Positions 9,688-19,214 are shown, numbered from the stretch's first letter. The stretch: DNA of 43,913 nt from Nitrosospira sp. (GCA_043752345.1 JAYUYT010000112.1:1-43913); one strand, 5' to 3'. Notes: generated from the letters alone by a model not told the origin. A program made the numbers and translations.

Positions 9688-10995
9688 TCACAACAATACC
9701 CGCTGCGTATCGGCTAACACCGCGGCCAGGTATGCGGTGAAACGTGCAGCGGATGCACCGTCGATTACGCGGTGATCATAGGACAAAGATAACGGCAGCA
9801 TCAGACGCGGGATAAATTGTCCCTCGCGATAGACCGGTTTTATGCTGGCGCGGGAAATGCCCAGAATGGCGACTTCCGGTGCGTTGATGATGGGGGTAAA
9901 GGCCGTACCGCCGATACCACCCAGGCTGGAAATGGTGAAGCTGGCGCCCTGCATTTCGGCAGGTTTCAGTTTGCCATCGCGGGCACGCGCAGACAGATGA
10001 CTCAACTCTCCGGCGATGGCAATCACGCCTTTCTGCTCCACGTCACGGATCACCGGCACCATCAAGCCATGCGGCGTATCTGCAGCAAAGCCAAGGTGGT
10101 AGTAGTTCTTGATCACCAGATTCATTTCATCGCCGCTGCTGTCGAGCGAAGCGTTGAATTCCGGGAATTTTTTCAGTGCTGCTATCGCTGCCTGCATCAG
10201 GAAAGCCAGCAGCGTGATCTTGATCCCGTCTTTCTTTGCAGTCTCATTGGACTGCTTGCGCAGAGCTTCCAGGTCAGTGATGTCGGCCTCGTCGAATTGG
10301 GTGACATGCGGAATCATCACCCAGTTGCGGTGCAAGTTCGCACCCGCCATTTTCTGGATACGCGACAATGGACGCAATTCCACCGGACCGAATTTGGCGA
10401 AATTCACCTGCGGCCACGGCGGCAGATTGAGCTTCATGCCGCTGCCACGCGGCTTTGCTAATTCAGTTTTGACATAAGACTGGACATCTTCCTTGAGGAT
10501 GCGTTGTTTTGGCCCACTGCCTTTGACTAAGCCAAGGTTCACACCCAATTCCCGCGCGAAGCGCCGCACTGAGGGGCCGGCATGCGCCTTGGCGAAAGCA
10601 GCTTCATCCATCGGCGCGGGGATGGTAGGTGGGGGTCGGTGAGTCGACTGCGAAATGCGGATCGGGGTTGATTCGGGAGCAGCCAGTACAGGAGCGGCAG
10701 TAGGTGTGCGGGGAGCTACAGCCGTTTTGCTGGCTGCGGAGACTTCCATTACCAGAATAAGCGAGCCCTCGGAAACCTTGTCGCCCACCTTGATCCCCAC
10801 TTCTTTGATTATTCCGTCAAAAGGGGAAGGTACTTCTATCGTTGCCTTGTCCGATTCCAGGGAAATCAGCGGGTCTTCCATCTTGATCGTGTCACCGGTT
10901 TTTACCAGCACTTCGATCACGGGAACATCTTTGAAGTCACCAATGTCTGGGACCAATACCTGTTTAGTCTCTGCCACGCTTTTTCCTTCACTCAT
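9688..10995 (-). CDS. aceF: Pyruvate dehydrogenase E2, dihydrolipoamide acetyltransferase (single lipoyl domain)
   Basis: Has a lipoyl domain (SLESDKATIEVPSPFDG), an E3-binding domain (HAGPSVRRFARELGVNL) and a catalytic domain ending in LSLSYDHRVIDGA. It lies directly downstream of aceE. Confidence 0.9.
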   Translation of the reverse strand: MSEGKSVAETKQVLVPDIGDFKDVPVIEVLVKTGDTIKMEDPLISLESDKATIEVPSPFDGIIKEVGIKVGDKVSEGSLILVMEVSAASKTAVAPRTPTAAPVLAAPESTPIRISQSTHRPPPTIPAPMDEAAFAKAHAGPSVRRFARELGVNLGLVKGSGPKQRILKEDVQSYVKTELAKPRGSGMKLNLPPWPQVNFAKFGPVELRPLSRIQKMAGANLHRNWVMIPHVTQFDEADITDLEALRKQSNETAKKDGIKITLLAFLMQAAIAALKKFPEFNASLDSSGDEMNLVIKNYYHLGFAADTPHGLMVPVIRDVEQKGVIAIAGELSHLSARARDGKLKPAEMQGASFTISSLGGIGGTAFTPIINAPEVAILGISRASIKPVYREGQFIPRLMLPLSLSYDHRVIDGASAARFTAYLAAVLADTQRVLL

Positions 10996-11054
10996 GTTCA
11001 GCCCAGGGATGGTGCGCGCAATCCGCTGGTTTCACGGTTCGCACTCCTTGCTCT

Positions 11055-13724
11055 TTATACCTTCACCGGATTCGGTTTGTTCGGATCGATGCCGAACTTG
11101 TTGATCGCCTGCGCTACTTTTTCCGCTGATATTTTGCCTTCTTCAGCTAGTGCTTGGAGTGTGGCGATGGTGACGTAATGGCGATCCACCTCGAAGAATT
11201 GACGCAGTTTTTCGCGTGTGTCGGAGCGTCCAAAACCATCGGTACCCAATACCTTGTAGCGCCCCGGTACAAATTCGCGTATCTGGTCGGCAAATATTTT
11301 CATATAGTCTGTTGCTGCCACCACAGGTCCTGCGCAGTCTTTGAGGCAGGTTGTCACATAGGATAATCTTGCCGGTTCGGCGGGGTGCAGCATGTTCCAG
11401 CGTGTCACGTCTAATGCCTCACGCCTCAATTCATTAAAGCTGGTGACACTCCAGATATCGGCGGTAACACCAAATTCCTGCTCCAGTATTTCCGCTGCTG
11501 CGATTACCTCGCGCAGGATGGTGCCGGAACCGAGCAGTTGTACTCGCAGCGCTGAACTTCCTGCGCTTGCTTTGTTACCTTCGCGCAACAGATACATGCC
11601 CTGCAATATGCCTTGCTCCACATTTTGGGGTATTTCCGGCTGCGGGTAATTTTCGTTCATTACGGTGATGTAATAATATACATCTTCCTGTTCCTGATAC
11701 ATGCGGCGCAGGCCATCCTGGATAATGACTGCAAGCTCGTAAGCAAACGTGGGGTCGTAGGATATGCAGTTGGGAATGGTGGAGGCTGCTAGGTGGCTGT
11801 GGCCGTCTTCGTGCTGCAAACCCTCGCCGTTCAGGGTGGTGCGTCCAGCAGTGCCGCCTAGCAAAAAACCGCGGCAACGCATGTCGCCTGCTGCCCAGGC
11901 AAGATCACCGATGCGCTGGAACCCGAACATGGAGTAGAAAATAAAGAACGGGATCATCTGCACACCATGGGTGCTGTAAGCAGTTGCCGCCGCCATCCAT
12001 GATGACATGGCCCCTGCTTCATTGATGCCCTCCTGCAGGATCTGGCCGTTCTTGTCTTCCTTGTAGTACATCAGCTGATCCGCATCCTGCGGTGTGTAGA
12101 GCTGTCCTACCGAAGACCAGATGCCAAGCTGGCGGAACATTCCTTCCATGCCGAAAGTGCGCGATTCGTCCGCGACAATTGGCACTACACGTTTCCCAAT
12201 GTTCTTGTCTTTTACCAGAATGTTGAGTATGCGCACGAATGCCATGGTGGTGGAGGACTCGCGCCCCTCGCCGCCCGCCTTGAGCAACGTTTCAAACGAC
12301 GCTAACGGCGGGATCTGTAGCGGTTCTGCCTTGCGCTGACGACGGTGCAGAAAGCCCCCCAGCGCCTTGCGTTGGGCTCGCATGTAAGTGAGTTCTGGCG
12401 AATCTTGATCGAACATGAGATATGGGATTTCATCGATCTTGTCATCCGCAACCGGTAAACCAAAGCGATCGCGGAATGCCTTCAGCGAAGTGGTCCCCAT
12501 TTTTTTCTGTTGATGCGTGATGTTCTGCGCCTCACCTGCTTCGCCCATACCATAGCCTTTAATGGTTTTGGCAAGTATCACGGTAGGTTGCCCCGTATGT
12601 TTTTCCGCCGCGGCGTAAGCAGCATAGACTTTATGCGGGTCATGGCCGCCACGATTCAAGCGCCAGATGTCGTCGTCAGACATGCTGGCGACCATTTCCA
12701 GCAGTTCCGGATATTTGCCGAAAAAGTGCTTGCGTACATAAGCGCCGTCTCTGGACTTGAAGGTTTGGTATTCACCGTCAACGCATTCCATCATGCGTTG
12801 TTGCAGCAGGCCTTTGGTATCCCGGGCCAGCAAGGGATCCCAGTAGGACCCCCAGATTACCTTGACGACATTCCAGCCAGCGCCGCGGAAATCACCTTCC
12901 AGTTCCTGGATGATCTTGCCGTTGCCGCGCACCGGTCCGTCGAGACGCTGAAGATTGCAGTTGATGACAAAGATCAGATTGTCCAGGTTTTCACGCGAGG
13001 CCAGCGAAATCGCCCCCAGCGATTCCGGCTCATCCATTTCACCGTCACCCATGAAAGCCCACACTTTACGTCCCTGGGTCTTGATCAGGCCACGGCTGTC
13101 CAGATATTTCATGAAGCGTGCCTGGTAGATCGCCATTAACGGACCCAATCCCATCGATACCGTCGGGAATTGCCAGAAGTCGGGCATTAGCCATGGATGC
13201 GGATAGGAGGACAAGCCTTTGCCCCCCACTTCCTGGCGAAAGTTATCGAGCTGTTCCTGTGTCAGTTCTCCTAACAGGAAAGCATAAGCGTAAAGGCCGG
13301 GGGAGGAGTGCCCTTGTGCGAATACCAGATCGCCACCATGATCCGGGTTGGTAGCGTGCCAGAAATGGTTATAACCGACATCATAGAGTGTCGCAGCAGA
13401 CGCAAAGCTGGCAATATGACCGCCGACATTGGTGTTTTTGTTGGCGCGCAATACCATTGCCATGGAGTTCCAGCGCACGTAAGAGCGGATACGGTGTTCC
13501 AGCTCATAATTGCCGGGTGAACGCTCTTCCTTGCCGGGTGGTATGGTATTGATGTAGGCGGTAGTGGCGCTGTAAGGGAGATAAGCCCCGGAGCGGCGGG
13601 CTTTTTCCACCAGTCTTTCCAGCAGGTAATGTGCCCGCTCCGTTCCCTCGTGCACCAGCACGGATTCCATTGCCTCCAGCCATTCCTGTGTTTCCTGCGG
13701 GTCGATGTCGGGTAGGGGTTCCAT
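11055..13724 (-). CDS. aceE: Pyruvate dehydrogenase E1 component (homodimeric type)
   Basis: An 889-aa protein starting DPQETQEWLEAMESV, with GGHIASFASAATLYDVGYNHFW, the ThDP motif GDGEMDEPES…NLIFVINCNLQRLDG, and HEDGHSH. Confidence 0.95.
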   Translation of the reverse strand: MEPLPDIDPQETQEWLEAMESVLVHEGTERAHYLLERLVEKARRSGAYLPYSATTAYINTIPPGKEERSPGNYELEHRIRSYVRWNSMAMVLRANKNTNVGGHIASFASAATLYDVGYNHFWHATNPDHGGDLVFAQGHSSPGLYAYAFLLGELTQEQLDNFRQEVGGKGLSSYPHPWLMPDFWQFPTVSMGLGPLMAIYQARFMKYLDSRGLIKTQGRKVWAFMGDGEMDEPESLGAISLASRENLDNLIFVINCNLQRLDGPVRGNGKIIQELEGDFRGAGWNVVKVIWGSYWDPLLARDTKGLLQQRMMECVDGEYQTFKSRDGAYVRKHFFGKYPELLEMVASMSDDDIWRLNRGGHDPHKVYAAYAAAEKHTGQPTVILAKTIKGYGMGEAGEAQNITHQQKKMGTTSLKAFRDRFGLPVADDKIDEIPYLMFDQDSPELTYMRAQRKALGGFLHRRQRKAEPLQIPPLASFETLLKAGGEGRESSTTMAFVRILNILVKDKNIGKRVVPIVADESRTFGMEGMFRQLGIWSSVGQLYTPQDADQLMYYKEDKNGQILQEGINEAGAMSSWMAAATAYSTHGVQMIPFFIFYSMFGFQRIGDLAWAAGDMRCRGFLLGGTAGRTTLNGEGLQHEDGHSHLAASTIPNCISYDPTFAYELAVIIQDGLRRMYQEQEDVYYYITVMNENYPQPEIPQNVEQGILQGMYLLREGNKASAGSSALRVQLLGSGTILREVIAAAEILEQEFGVTADIWSVTSFNELRREALDVTRWNMLHPAEPARLSYVTTCLKDCAGPVVAATDYMKIFADQIREFVPGRYKVLGTDGFGRSDTREKLRQFFEVDRHYVTIATLQALAEEGKISAEKVAQAINKFGIDPNKPNPVKV

Positions 13725-13762
13725 GTTTTGTCTCGAAGTTGTTTGCCCAGGTTAGTCTGCGG

Positions 13763-14620
13763 CTAAACCCTTGCTTGAGCACGCTCTGCAGCCGCGATGG
13801 TATTGCACAGCAGCATGGTGATGGTCATCGGCCCCACTCCGCCCGGCACCGGTGTGAGGTAGCCCGCTTTTTCCTTGACCGATTCGAAATCCACGTCGCC
13901 CGTGAGTCTGCCGTCAGGCATGCGGTTAATGCCTACGTCTATCACGGTTGCGCCGGGTTTCACCATGTCGGCAGTAATTATGCGCGGTTTGCCAGCAGCC
14001 ACCACCAGAATATCGGCGCGGCGTGTGTGTTCGGCCAGATTATGCGTCTTCGAGGTACAGATAGTAATGGTGGCCCCCTTTTCCAGCAGCATCAGCGCCA
14101 TCGGTTTGCCGACGATATTACTGCGCCCTACCACTACCGCATGCTGCCCTTCGATTGTGACATTGCTCTTTTCCAGCATTTTCATCACGCCAAAGGGCGT
14201 GCAAGGCGGGAATACACTATTGCCAGTGACCAGCGCGCCAACGTTATAGAGATGAAAACCATCCACGTCTTTTTCCACCGCGATGGCTGCAATTACCTTG
14301 CGGCTTTCGAAATGATGCGGCAACGGCAACTGCACCAGAATACCGTGGATTCTGGGAGCCTTATTCAACTCCTGAATGCGCTGTATCACTTCATCCTGGC
14401 TCGCGCTTTCCGGGAAATCGTGAATTTCTGAATAGATGCCGGTTTCATCGCAAGCTCTGGCCTTGTTGCGCACATAGATGCTGGAGGCTGGGTTGCTGCC
14501 GACAATGATCACTGCCAGTCCCGGCTGCAGGCCTTGTTCTATCAGGCGTTCTGCGCGGGCCTTCCATTCTGCACGTACTTCCCGGGCAATCGCATTGCCG
14601 TCCATGATTTTGGCGCTCAT
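13763..14620 (-). CDS. folD: Bifunctional methylenetetrahydrofolate dehydrogenase/cyclohydrolase
   Basis: FolD motifs are present: [54 protein letters not shown]. Confidence 0.95.
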   Translation of the reverse strand: MSAKIMDGNAIAREVRAEWKARAERLIEQGLQPGLAVIIVGSNPASSIYVRNKARACDETGIYSEIHDFPESASQDEVIQRIQELNKAPRIHGILVQLPLPHHFESRKVIAAIAVEKDVDGFHLYNVGALVTGNSVFPPCTPFGVMKMLEKSNVTIEGQHAVVVGRSNIVGKPMALMLLEKGATITICTSKTHNLAEHTRRADILVVAAGKPRIITADMVKPGATVIDVGINRMPDGRLTGDVDFESVKEKAGYLTPVPGGVGPMTITMLLCNTIAAAERAQARV

Positions 14621-14687
14621 TATTTCGAATCGGCCCTATCGTTGCGTGTTTGTGCGGGTAACCCCGTTTCCCAGGTGCCGTCCGTAG

Positions 14688-15344
14688 TTACTGTGAGGAT
14701 AGAGTCGGTGGCTGTGATTTTTTGATCTTCTTCCGGTAAATCAATATCCCGATTAAGAACGTCGGGATGACGACCAGAGCGGCGGCAACAAGTCCCACTG
14801 CCAGGATGGCAACCCCGCTGCTTGACGGCATGAAGATCGTAACAAACCAGATTGCAAGAACGGCCGCGACTAAGCCACCGATAAGCATAATTTTTTTGCC
14901 GCGGTCATAGAGCCGCCAGAGCGCGCCGGAAACCCTTACCTCATCAAGGTACTCATCAAGAACCGTGGTCAGGCCAACATCACCAGATACTGCTTGATAG
15001 CCGGCAGTTATGGCAAGTGTATCGCTACCGTCTTCCAGGCGAGACATATTGCGCAGTAACGCAATTTGTCGCTCGACTTCCTTTTTTCTCATGCCGCGAC
15101 TAATCAGCATCGAGTGTAACGCTGTAAAAGCATGGTCACGGGCATCCGTTGCCAAGCCAAGATGCTCTCCATGGCGCCACATAACGCCTACCAGATAGAG
15201 ATGAATCGTCATCTGCTTGAACTCTGGCGCAAAGTCGTATCCTTTTTCTTTAATCAGCAGGAGCTGAGAGGCCAGTGTCTCCTCGCCATGCTGAGTACAG
15301 GCATCGAGCGTCGATGTTTCCGGGTCTGTTTTTGTGTCATTCAT
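14688..15344 (-). CDS. Hypothetical membrane protein (soluble N-domain plus two C-terminal TM helices)
   Basis: A clean 218-aa ORF with an ATG start. The C-terminal hydrophobic stretches (IMLIGGLVAAVLAIWFVTIF, VAILAVGLVAAALVVIPTFLIGILIY) are followed by RKKIKK. No family recognised. Confidence 0.55.
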   Translation of the reverse strand: MNDTKTDPETSTLDACTQHGEETLASQLLLIKEKGYDFAPEFKQMTIHLYLVGVMWRHGEHLGLATDARDHAFTALHSMLISRGMRKKEVERQIALLRNMSRLEDGSDTLAITAGYQAVSGDVGLTTVLDEYLDEVRVSGALWRLYDRGKKIMLIGGLVAAVLAIWFVTIFMPSSSGVAILAVGLVAAALVVIPTFLIGILIYRKKIKKSQPPTLSSQ

Positions 15345-15520
15345 TGCTGTAATTATGGGCCATATTCAGCCTAACTTTGAATTTGTAAAAGGAGCCATTA
15401 TATACTGGCATATGACTTGTTGAAGAAGGATGAATCGCTCTAGCTGGATAAGAGTTGCAGTCATTGTTGCTGCGCTAAAAGGATTCAGTGGTTCCTTAAC
15501 GGCAAAACAGGATAGGGAAA

Positions 15521-16474
15521 ATGAATTTTCCAAGCTATGTGAAAATAGTCGAAGTCGGGCCGCGTGATGGTTTGCAGAATGAATCTGCCATTATCCCTAC
15601 CGCAGTCAAAATAGAGCTGATTGAGCGGCTGGTGCAGACAGGGTTATCCGTGGTGGAAGCCGCCGCGTTTGTGTCGCCTAAGTGGGTGTCGCAAATGGCG
15701 GATCATGTAGCGGTCATGACAGGCATACACCAGCAGCCTGGCGTAAGCTATACCGCACTGGTTCCCAACATGAAAGGTTTTGCTGCGGCATTGGCCACCG
15801 GGGTCAGGGAGATTGCAGTGTTTTCCAGCGCCAGTGACACCTTTTCCAGAAAAAACACTAACTGTTTCATCACCGAAGGGCTGATACGCTTTGCCGCAGT
15901 ATGCGCGGCAGCACAGGCAAACGGTGTGCGTGTGTGCGGCTATATTTCCTGTGTCCTTGGCTGCCCGTACGAAGGCAAAGTACAGGCAGGCAGGGTGGCA
16001 GACGTCGCGGCAGAATTACTGAATATGGGCTGCTATGAGGTCTCACTGGGAGATACCATCGACAGGGGCACGCCGGGAAAGACCAGAAAACTGGTCGAAG
16101 TGGTGACGGAAAAAGTGCCGCTGGAGAATCTCGCTGGACATTTTCACGACACCTACGGTCAGGCGCTTGTCAACGCTTATGCCGCACTGGAATGCGGTAT
16201 AAGTGTGCTTGATTCTTCGGTGGCAGGTCTGGGTGGTTGTCCCTATGCGCCCGGCGCCTCCGGCAACGTGGCGAGTGAAGACCTGCTCTATATGTTGGAC
16301 GGCCTAGGGATCGAGACTGGCGTGGGCATGGACAAGCTGATCGCTGCCGGTAAAACTTCATTTGCGACTTTCTGGGGCGGCTTTCTGGATCAAAAGCAGC
16401 GCGGACGGCTACGGCGAAACGCGGTTGACCTAGGTTGGGACGCAATCGATAGTATATACATACCCTGCCATTAA
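15521..16474 (+). CDS. Hydroxymethylglutaryl-CoA lyase (HMGL-like); the C-terminal tail is probably frameshifted
   Basis: HMGL motifs are present: VKIVEVGPRDGLQNE, LGDTI, HFHDTYGQALVNAYAALECGISVLDSSVAGLGGCPYAPGASGNVA(S/T)EDL. After the AAAA run at 16352-16355 the family-typical tail NFICDFLGRLSGSKAARTATAKRG* lies in frame 1 (16354-16428), not in the frame that runs to 16474. Confidence 0.8.
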   Translation: MNFPSYVKIVEVGPRDGLQNESAIIPTAVKIELIERLVQTGLSVVEAAAFVSPKWVSQMADHVAVMTGIHQQPGVSYTALVPNMKGFAAALATGVREIAVFSSASDTFSRKNTNCFITEGLIRFAAVCAAAQANGVRVCGYISCVLGCPYEGKVQAGRVADVAAELLNMGCYEVSLGDTIDRGTPGKTRKLVEVVTEKVPLENLAGHFHDTYGQALVNAYAALECGISVLDSSVAGLGGCPYAPGASGNVASEDLLYMLDGLGIETGVGMDKLIAAGKTSFATFWGGFLDQKQRGRLRRNAVDLGWDAIDSIYIPCH

Positions 16475-16748
16475 ATGAATGCATCGTACCGTGGCGACCC
16501 CCGTGACTGCTTTATGAACCGCTTTCCCGACAGGACTTGTGCTATGCTTTTTCGGTGGGGATTGTCCACAGATTAATGTTAATCCCCAGTTCGCCATGGC
16601 ACGTGCCCCCCAGCTTGCGAGAGGCCCGGTAATGCATCAGAATTGAATTGCAAAAGGAGTTCGATTCGTGAGCTTTGTGCAACAAGCAGGCACCGGATTT
16701 TCCGGTAAACTGTGACGTAATATTCTTTCATACCCATAGGAGAGCATC

Positions 16749-17123
16749 ATGTCCCGCAAAAAATCCCTAATATCCATCGCTGTTGGTTCAGCCTTTGCCA
16801 CCACCCTTGGTATTGCGCCACTGGCTTCCGCTGCTGAGAATCCCTTCGTCCTTCAACCTTTGGATAGCGGCTACATGGCAACCCAAGGACATGGGGCAAT
16901 GAAAATTGCGCAAGCAAAATGCGGTCAGGGCAAATGTGGCGCAATGAAATCCAGCGAAGGCATGTGTGGTGTGACCATGGCCGATAGCAACAAGGACGGC
17001 AAGGTCAGCAAGGAAGAGTGGAGCAAGCATCATGACACCATGTTTGAGCACATGGATGCCAACAAAGACGGTTTTATTGACAAAGCCGAATTGGGAAAAG
17101 GCGAAATAGCCAAGAAGAAATAG
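16749..17123 (+). CDS. Exported Cys-motif precursor protein (HvfA/bufferin-like N-part) fused to a pair of EF-hand loops
   Basis: The RBS AGGAGAG lies 6 nt before the ATG. A Sec signal peptide (…IAPLASA|AENPF) is followed by three GxCG motifs (AKCG, GKCG, GMCG; Cys58, Cys63, Cys73). Two canonical 12-residue EF-hand loops follow (DSNKDGKVSKEE, DANKDGFIDKAE). It sits immediately upstream of DUF692 and DUF2063 genes. Confidence 0.75.
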   Translation: MSRKKSLISIAVGSAFATTLGIAPLASAAENPFVLQPLDSGYMATQGHGAMKIAQAKCGQGKCGAMKSSEGMCGVTMADSNKDGKVSKEEWSKHHDTMFEHMDANKDGFIDKAELGKGEIAKKK

Positions 17124-17197
17124 ATGAAAGACGGCAAGTGCGGTTTATGGTGAGAGTGGGCGCGGCAGTATGAAAGGATAGCCGCCCGGAAGATGTC

Positions 17198-18046
17198 ATG
17201 AATCCTCTACACTTTGCTGGCGCGGGACTGGGATTTCGGCGCGAATTGATTCCTGCGCTAAAAGCTCGCGTCCCCAGCGCCATTGATTTCTTTGAAATCG
17301 CACCAGAGAACTGGATCGATCTCGGTGGCCTGCCGGGGCGTGACTTGCGTAGTTTCACTGAGCGCTACCCCTTTGTCTGCCACGGCCTGTCGCTGTCGAT
17401 TGGTAGTCCGGCGCCCTTGGATGAGGTGTTGCTGCATAAAATCAGGCAGTTCCTCGATCAGCATCAAATCCCGCTTTACACCGAGCACCTTTCATACTGT
17501 TCTGATGACGGCCACTTGTACGACCTGCTTCCGATACCTTTTACCGAGGATGCAGTGAAGTACGTCGCCGCACGCATACACCGTGCCCAGGATATTCTGC
17601 AGCGCCGCATCGCCATGGAGAATGCTTCATTTTATTTGCGTGCACCCATTGCAGAAATGAGTGAAATCGACTTTATCCGTGCCGTACTGACCGAAGCGGA
17701 TTGCGATCTGCATCTTGACGTGAATAACGTGTATGTAAACAGTATCAACCATGCCTACGACCCGATTGAATTTATTCGCGCCATGCCAACCGAGCGCATT
17801 GTCTATATGCACATGGCCGGGCACTATAGGGAAGCGGAGGACTTGATCATCGATAGCCATGGTGCGGACGTAATCGATCCGGTGTGGGCGCTGCTGGATG
17901 AGGCCTACCGCATTCATGGTGTGACGCCGACGCTGCTGGAACGCGACTTTAATATTCCGCCCCTCAATGAGTTGGTCTGCGAGGTTGAACGTATCGCCCT
18001 GATTCAGACCAGACATACTCATGCAAGCCATGTCTGCACTCCTTGA
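17198..18046 (+). CDS. DUF692 / MNIO family (MbnB-like multinuclear non-haem iron oxidative) peptide-modifying enzyme
   Basis: A 282-aa protein with the typical UPF0276/DUF692 sequence: GAGLGFRRE…[11 protein letters not shown]…[11 protein letters not shown]…YTEHLSY…IAMENASFY…[15 protein letters not shown]…YMHMAGH…IDSHG…PTLLERD. Confidence 0.9.
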   Translation: MNPLHFAGAGLGFRRELIPALKARVPSAIDFFEIAPENWIDLGGLPGRDLRSFTERYPFVCHGLSLSIGSPAPLDEVLLHKIRQFLDQHQIPLYTEHLSYCSDDGHLYDLLPIPFTEDAVKYVAARIHRAQDILQRRIAMENASFYLRAPIAEMSEIDFIRAVLTEADCDLHLDVNNVYVNSINHAYDPIEFIRAMPTERIVYMHMAGHYREAEDLIIDSHGADVIDPVWALLDEAYRIHGVTPTLLERDFNIPPLNELVCEVERIALIQTRHTHASHVCTP

Positions 18047-18782
18047 GTTTCAGCGCTTTCAATACGCCTTCACCGCGCATATCCGCGAGCCGAAGGCACA
18101 TCCCCGTCCGCACGGTACTGAAGCGCGGCGCATGCAGGTATACAGTGGGCTGGTTTACAACAATATCGAGAGTTTTCTTCTGGCTTGCTTTCCCGTGTTG
18201 CGGCAAGTGCTGGGGGTGCGTCGCTGGACACGATTGGTGCGCGCCTTTCTTGCCACGCACCGCAGCCACTCGCCTTTTTTCCGCCAGATACCCGATGAAT
18301 TCATCCGTTTCCTGCAGACCGAGTGGACAGCATCTGCGCATTACCCCGCATATATGCTGGAACTTGCCCACTATGAATGGATAGAGCTAGTGCTGTCCAT
18401 TTCGACTCGTGTGCCGGATTGGGATCGGATCGACCCGGGAGACGACTTGCTCGAGCAGCGCCCGGTGCTGAATCCGGTGCTTGCCAGCCTGCATTATCAC
18501 TGGCCCGTACAGCGTATCGGTCCGCGTGTCCGGACTGCGCCGATAGAGACGTATTTGCTGGTATTCCGCGATGCGGATGATCGAGTTCAATTCATGGAAA
18601 TCAATACGTTCACCGCACGTTTGCTGGATTTGCTTGAAACCGCCAAACTCACCGGTCGGCACGCGCTTGAGATCGTCGCGACAGAAAGCCGCCATCCTGT
18701 GCCCGAAACCGTGATTCAGGGTGGGCTGGTAGTCATGGAGGATTTGCATGCCCGCGGTGCACTACTGGGAGTTTCATGTTAG
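18021..18782 (+). CDS. DUF2063 family protein (MbnC/HvfC/BufC-like partner of the MNIO enzyme)
   Basis: N-terminal DUF2063 pattern: [18 protein letters not shown]…[25 protein letters not shown]…[12 protein letters not shown]. It overlaps the DUF692 stop by 26 nt (17 nt if Met4 is used), which implies translational coupling. Confidence 0.85.
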   Translation: MQAMSALLEFQRFQYAFTAHIREPKAHPRPHGTEARRMQVYSGLVYNNIESFLLACFPVLRQVLGVRRWTRLVRAFLATHRSHSPFFRQIPDEFIRFLQTEWTASAHYPAYMLELAHYEWIELVLSISTRVPDWDRIDPGDDLLEQRPVLNPVLASLHYHWPVQRIGPRVRTAPIETYLLVFRDADDRVQFMEINTFTARLLDLLETAKLTGRHALEIVATESRHPVPETVIQGGLVVMEDLHARGALLGVSC

Positions 18783-19079
18783 CAATACTTGCAACAGCCA
18801 TCGATTCCATTGCAATAATTCTGATCTGAGTTTTCTTGTGTGTGCTTCGAGGCGGATGTCTAGGTAATGCAACGGTGCTGTTGACTGCTGCAGAAGCACT
18901 GGCGCGAGTGACACAGTACATCTGTGCTTAACCAGCGGAAAATGTTTTCCCCAGTTTATTCCCGGATTTCCTTATTTTCTTCTATGACTAGTTATACCGC
19001 CATGCCCTCTTTTGAAAAATATTTGCAAAAAACACTTGCATTATTTTTTCAATTGCACAAAACTACGCTCCATGTATTC

Positions 19080-19128
19080 ATACTATGACTAGCAGGATAG
19101 GATTTGACCAACTACTAGATGTAGTAGT
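19080..19128. promoter_or_regulatory. Candidate tandem NrdR boxes upstream of nrdA
   Basis: There are two sites resembling the NrdR consensus acaCwAtATaTwGtgt. They are ACTATGACTAG (core 19083-19092) and the palindrome actactaGATGtagtagt (19111-19128). Their centres are 32 bp apart, about 90-130 nt before the nrdA ATG. Each 16-mer matches the consensus at only about 10 of 16 positions. Confidence 0.35.
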
Positions 19129-19214
19129 TAAGTGATATACGCAGTATCTGGTCTGGTTAACGGAAAAAGTTTCCCATCTTGAGTAGAAGAAAAGATAGAT
19201 AAGGAGAGTTCGAC

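Noticed and set aside
9817-14431. Several 120-270-aa plus-strand ORFs (for example 9817-10461, 12510-13139, 13631-14431) antisense to aceF, aceE and folD
   Set aside because: They lie entirely inside well-supported minus-strand genes. Their composition is typical of antisense frames of GC-rich coding DNA, and they have no RBS or recognisable motifs.
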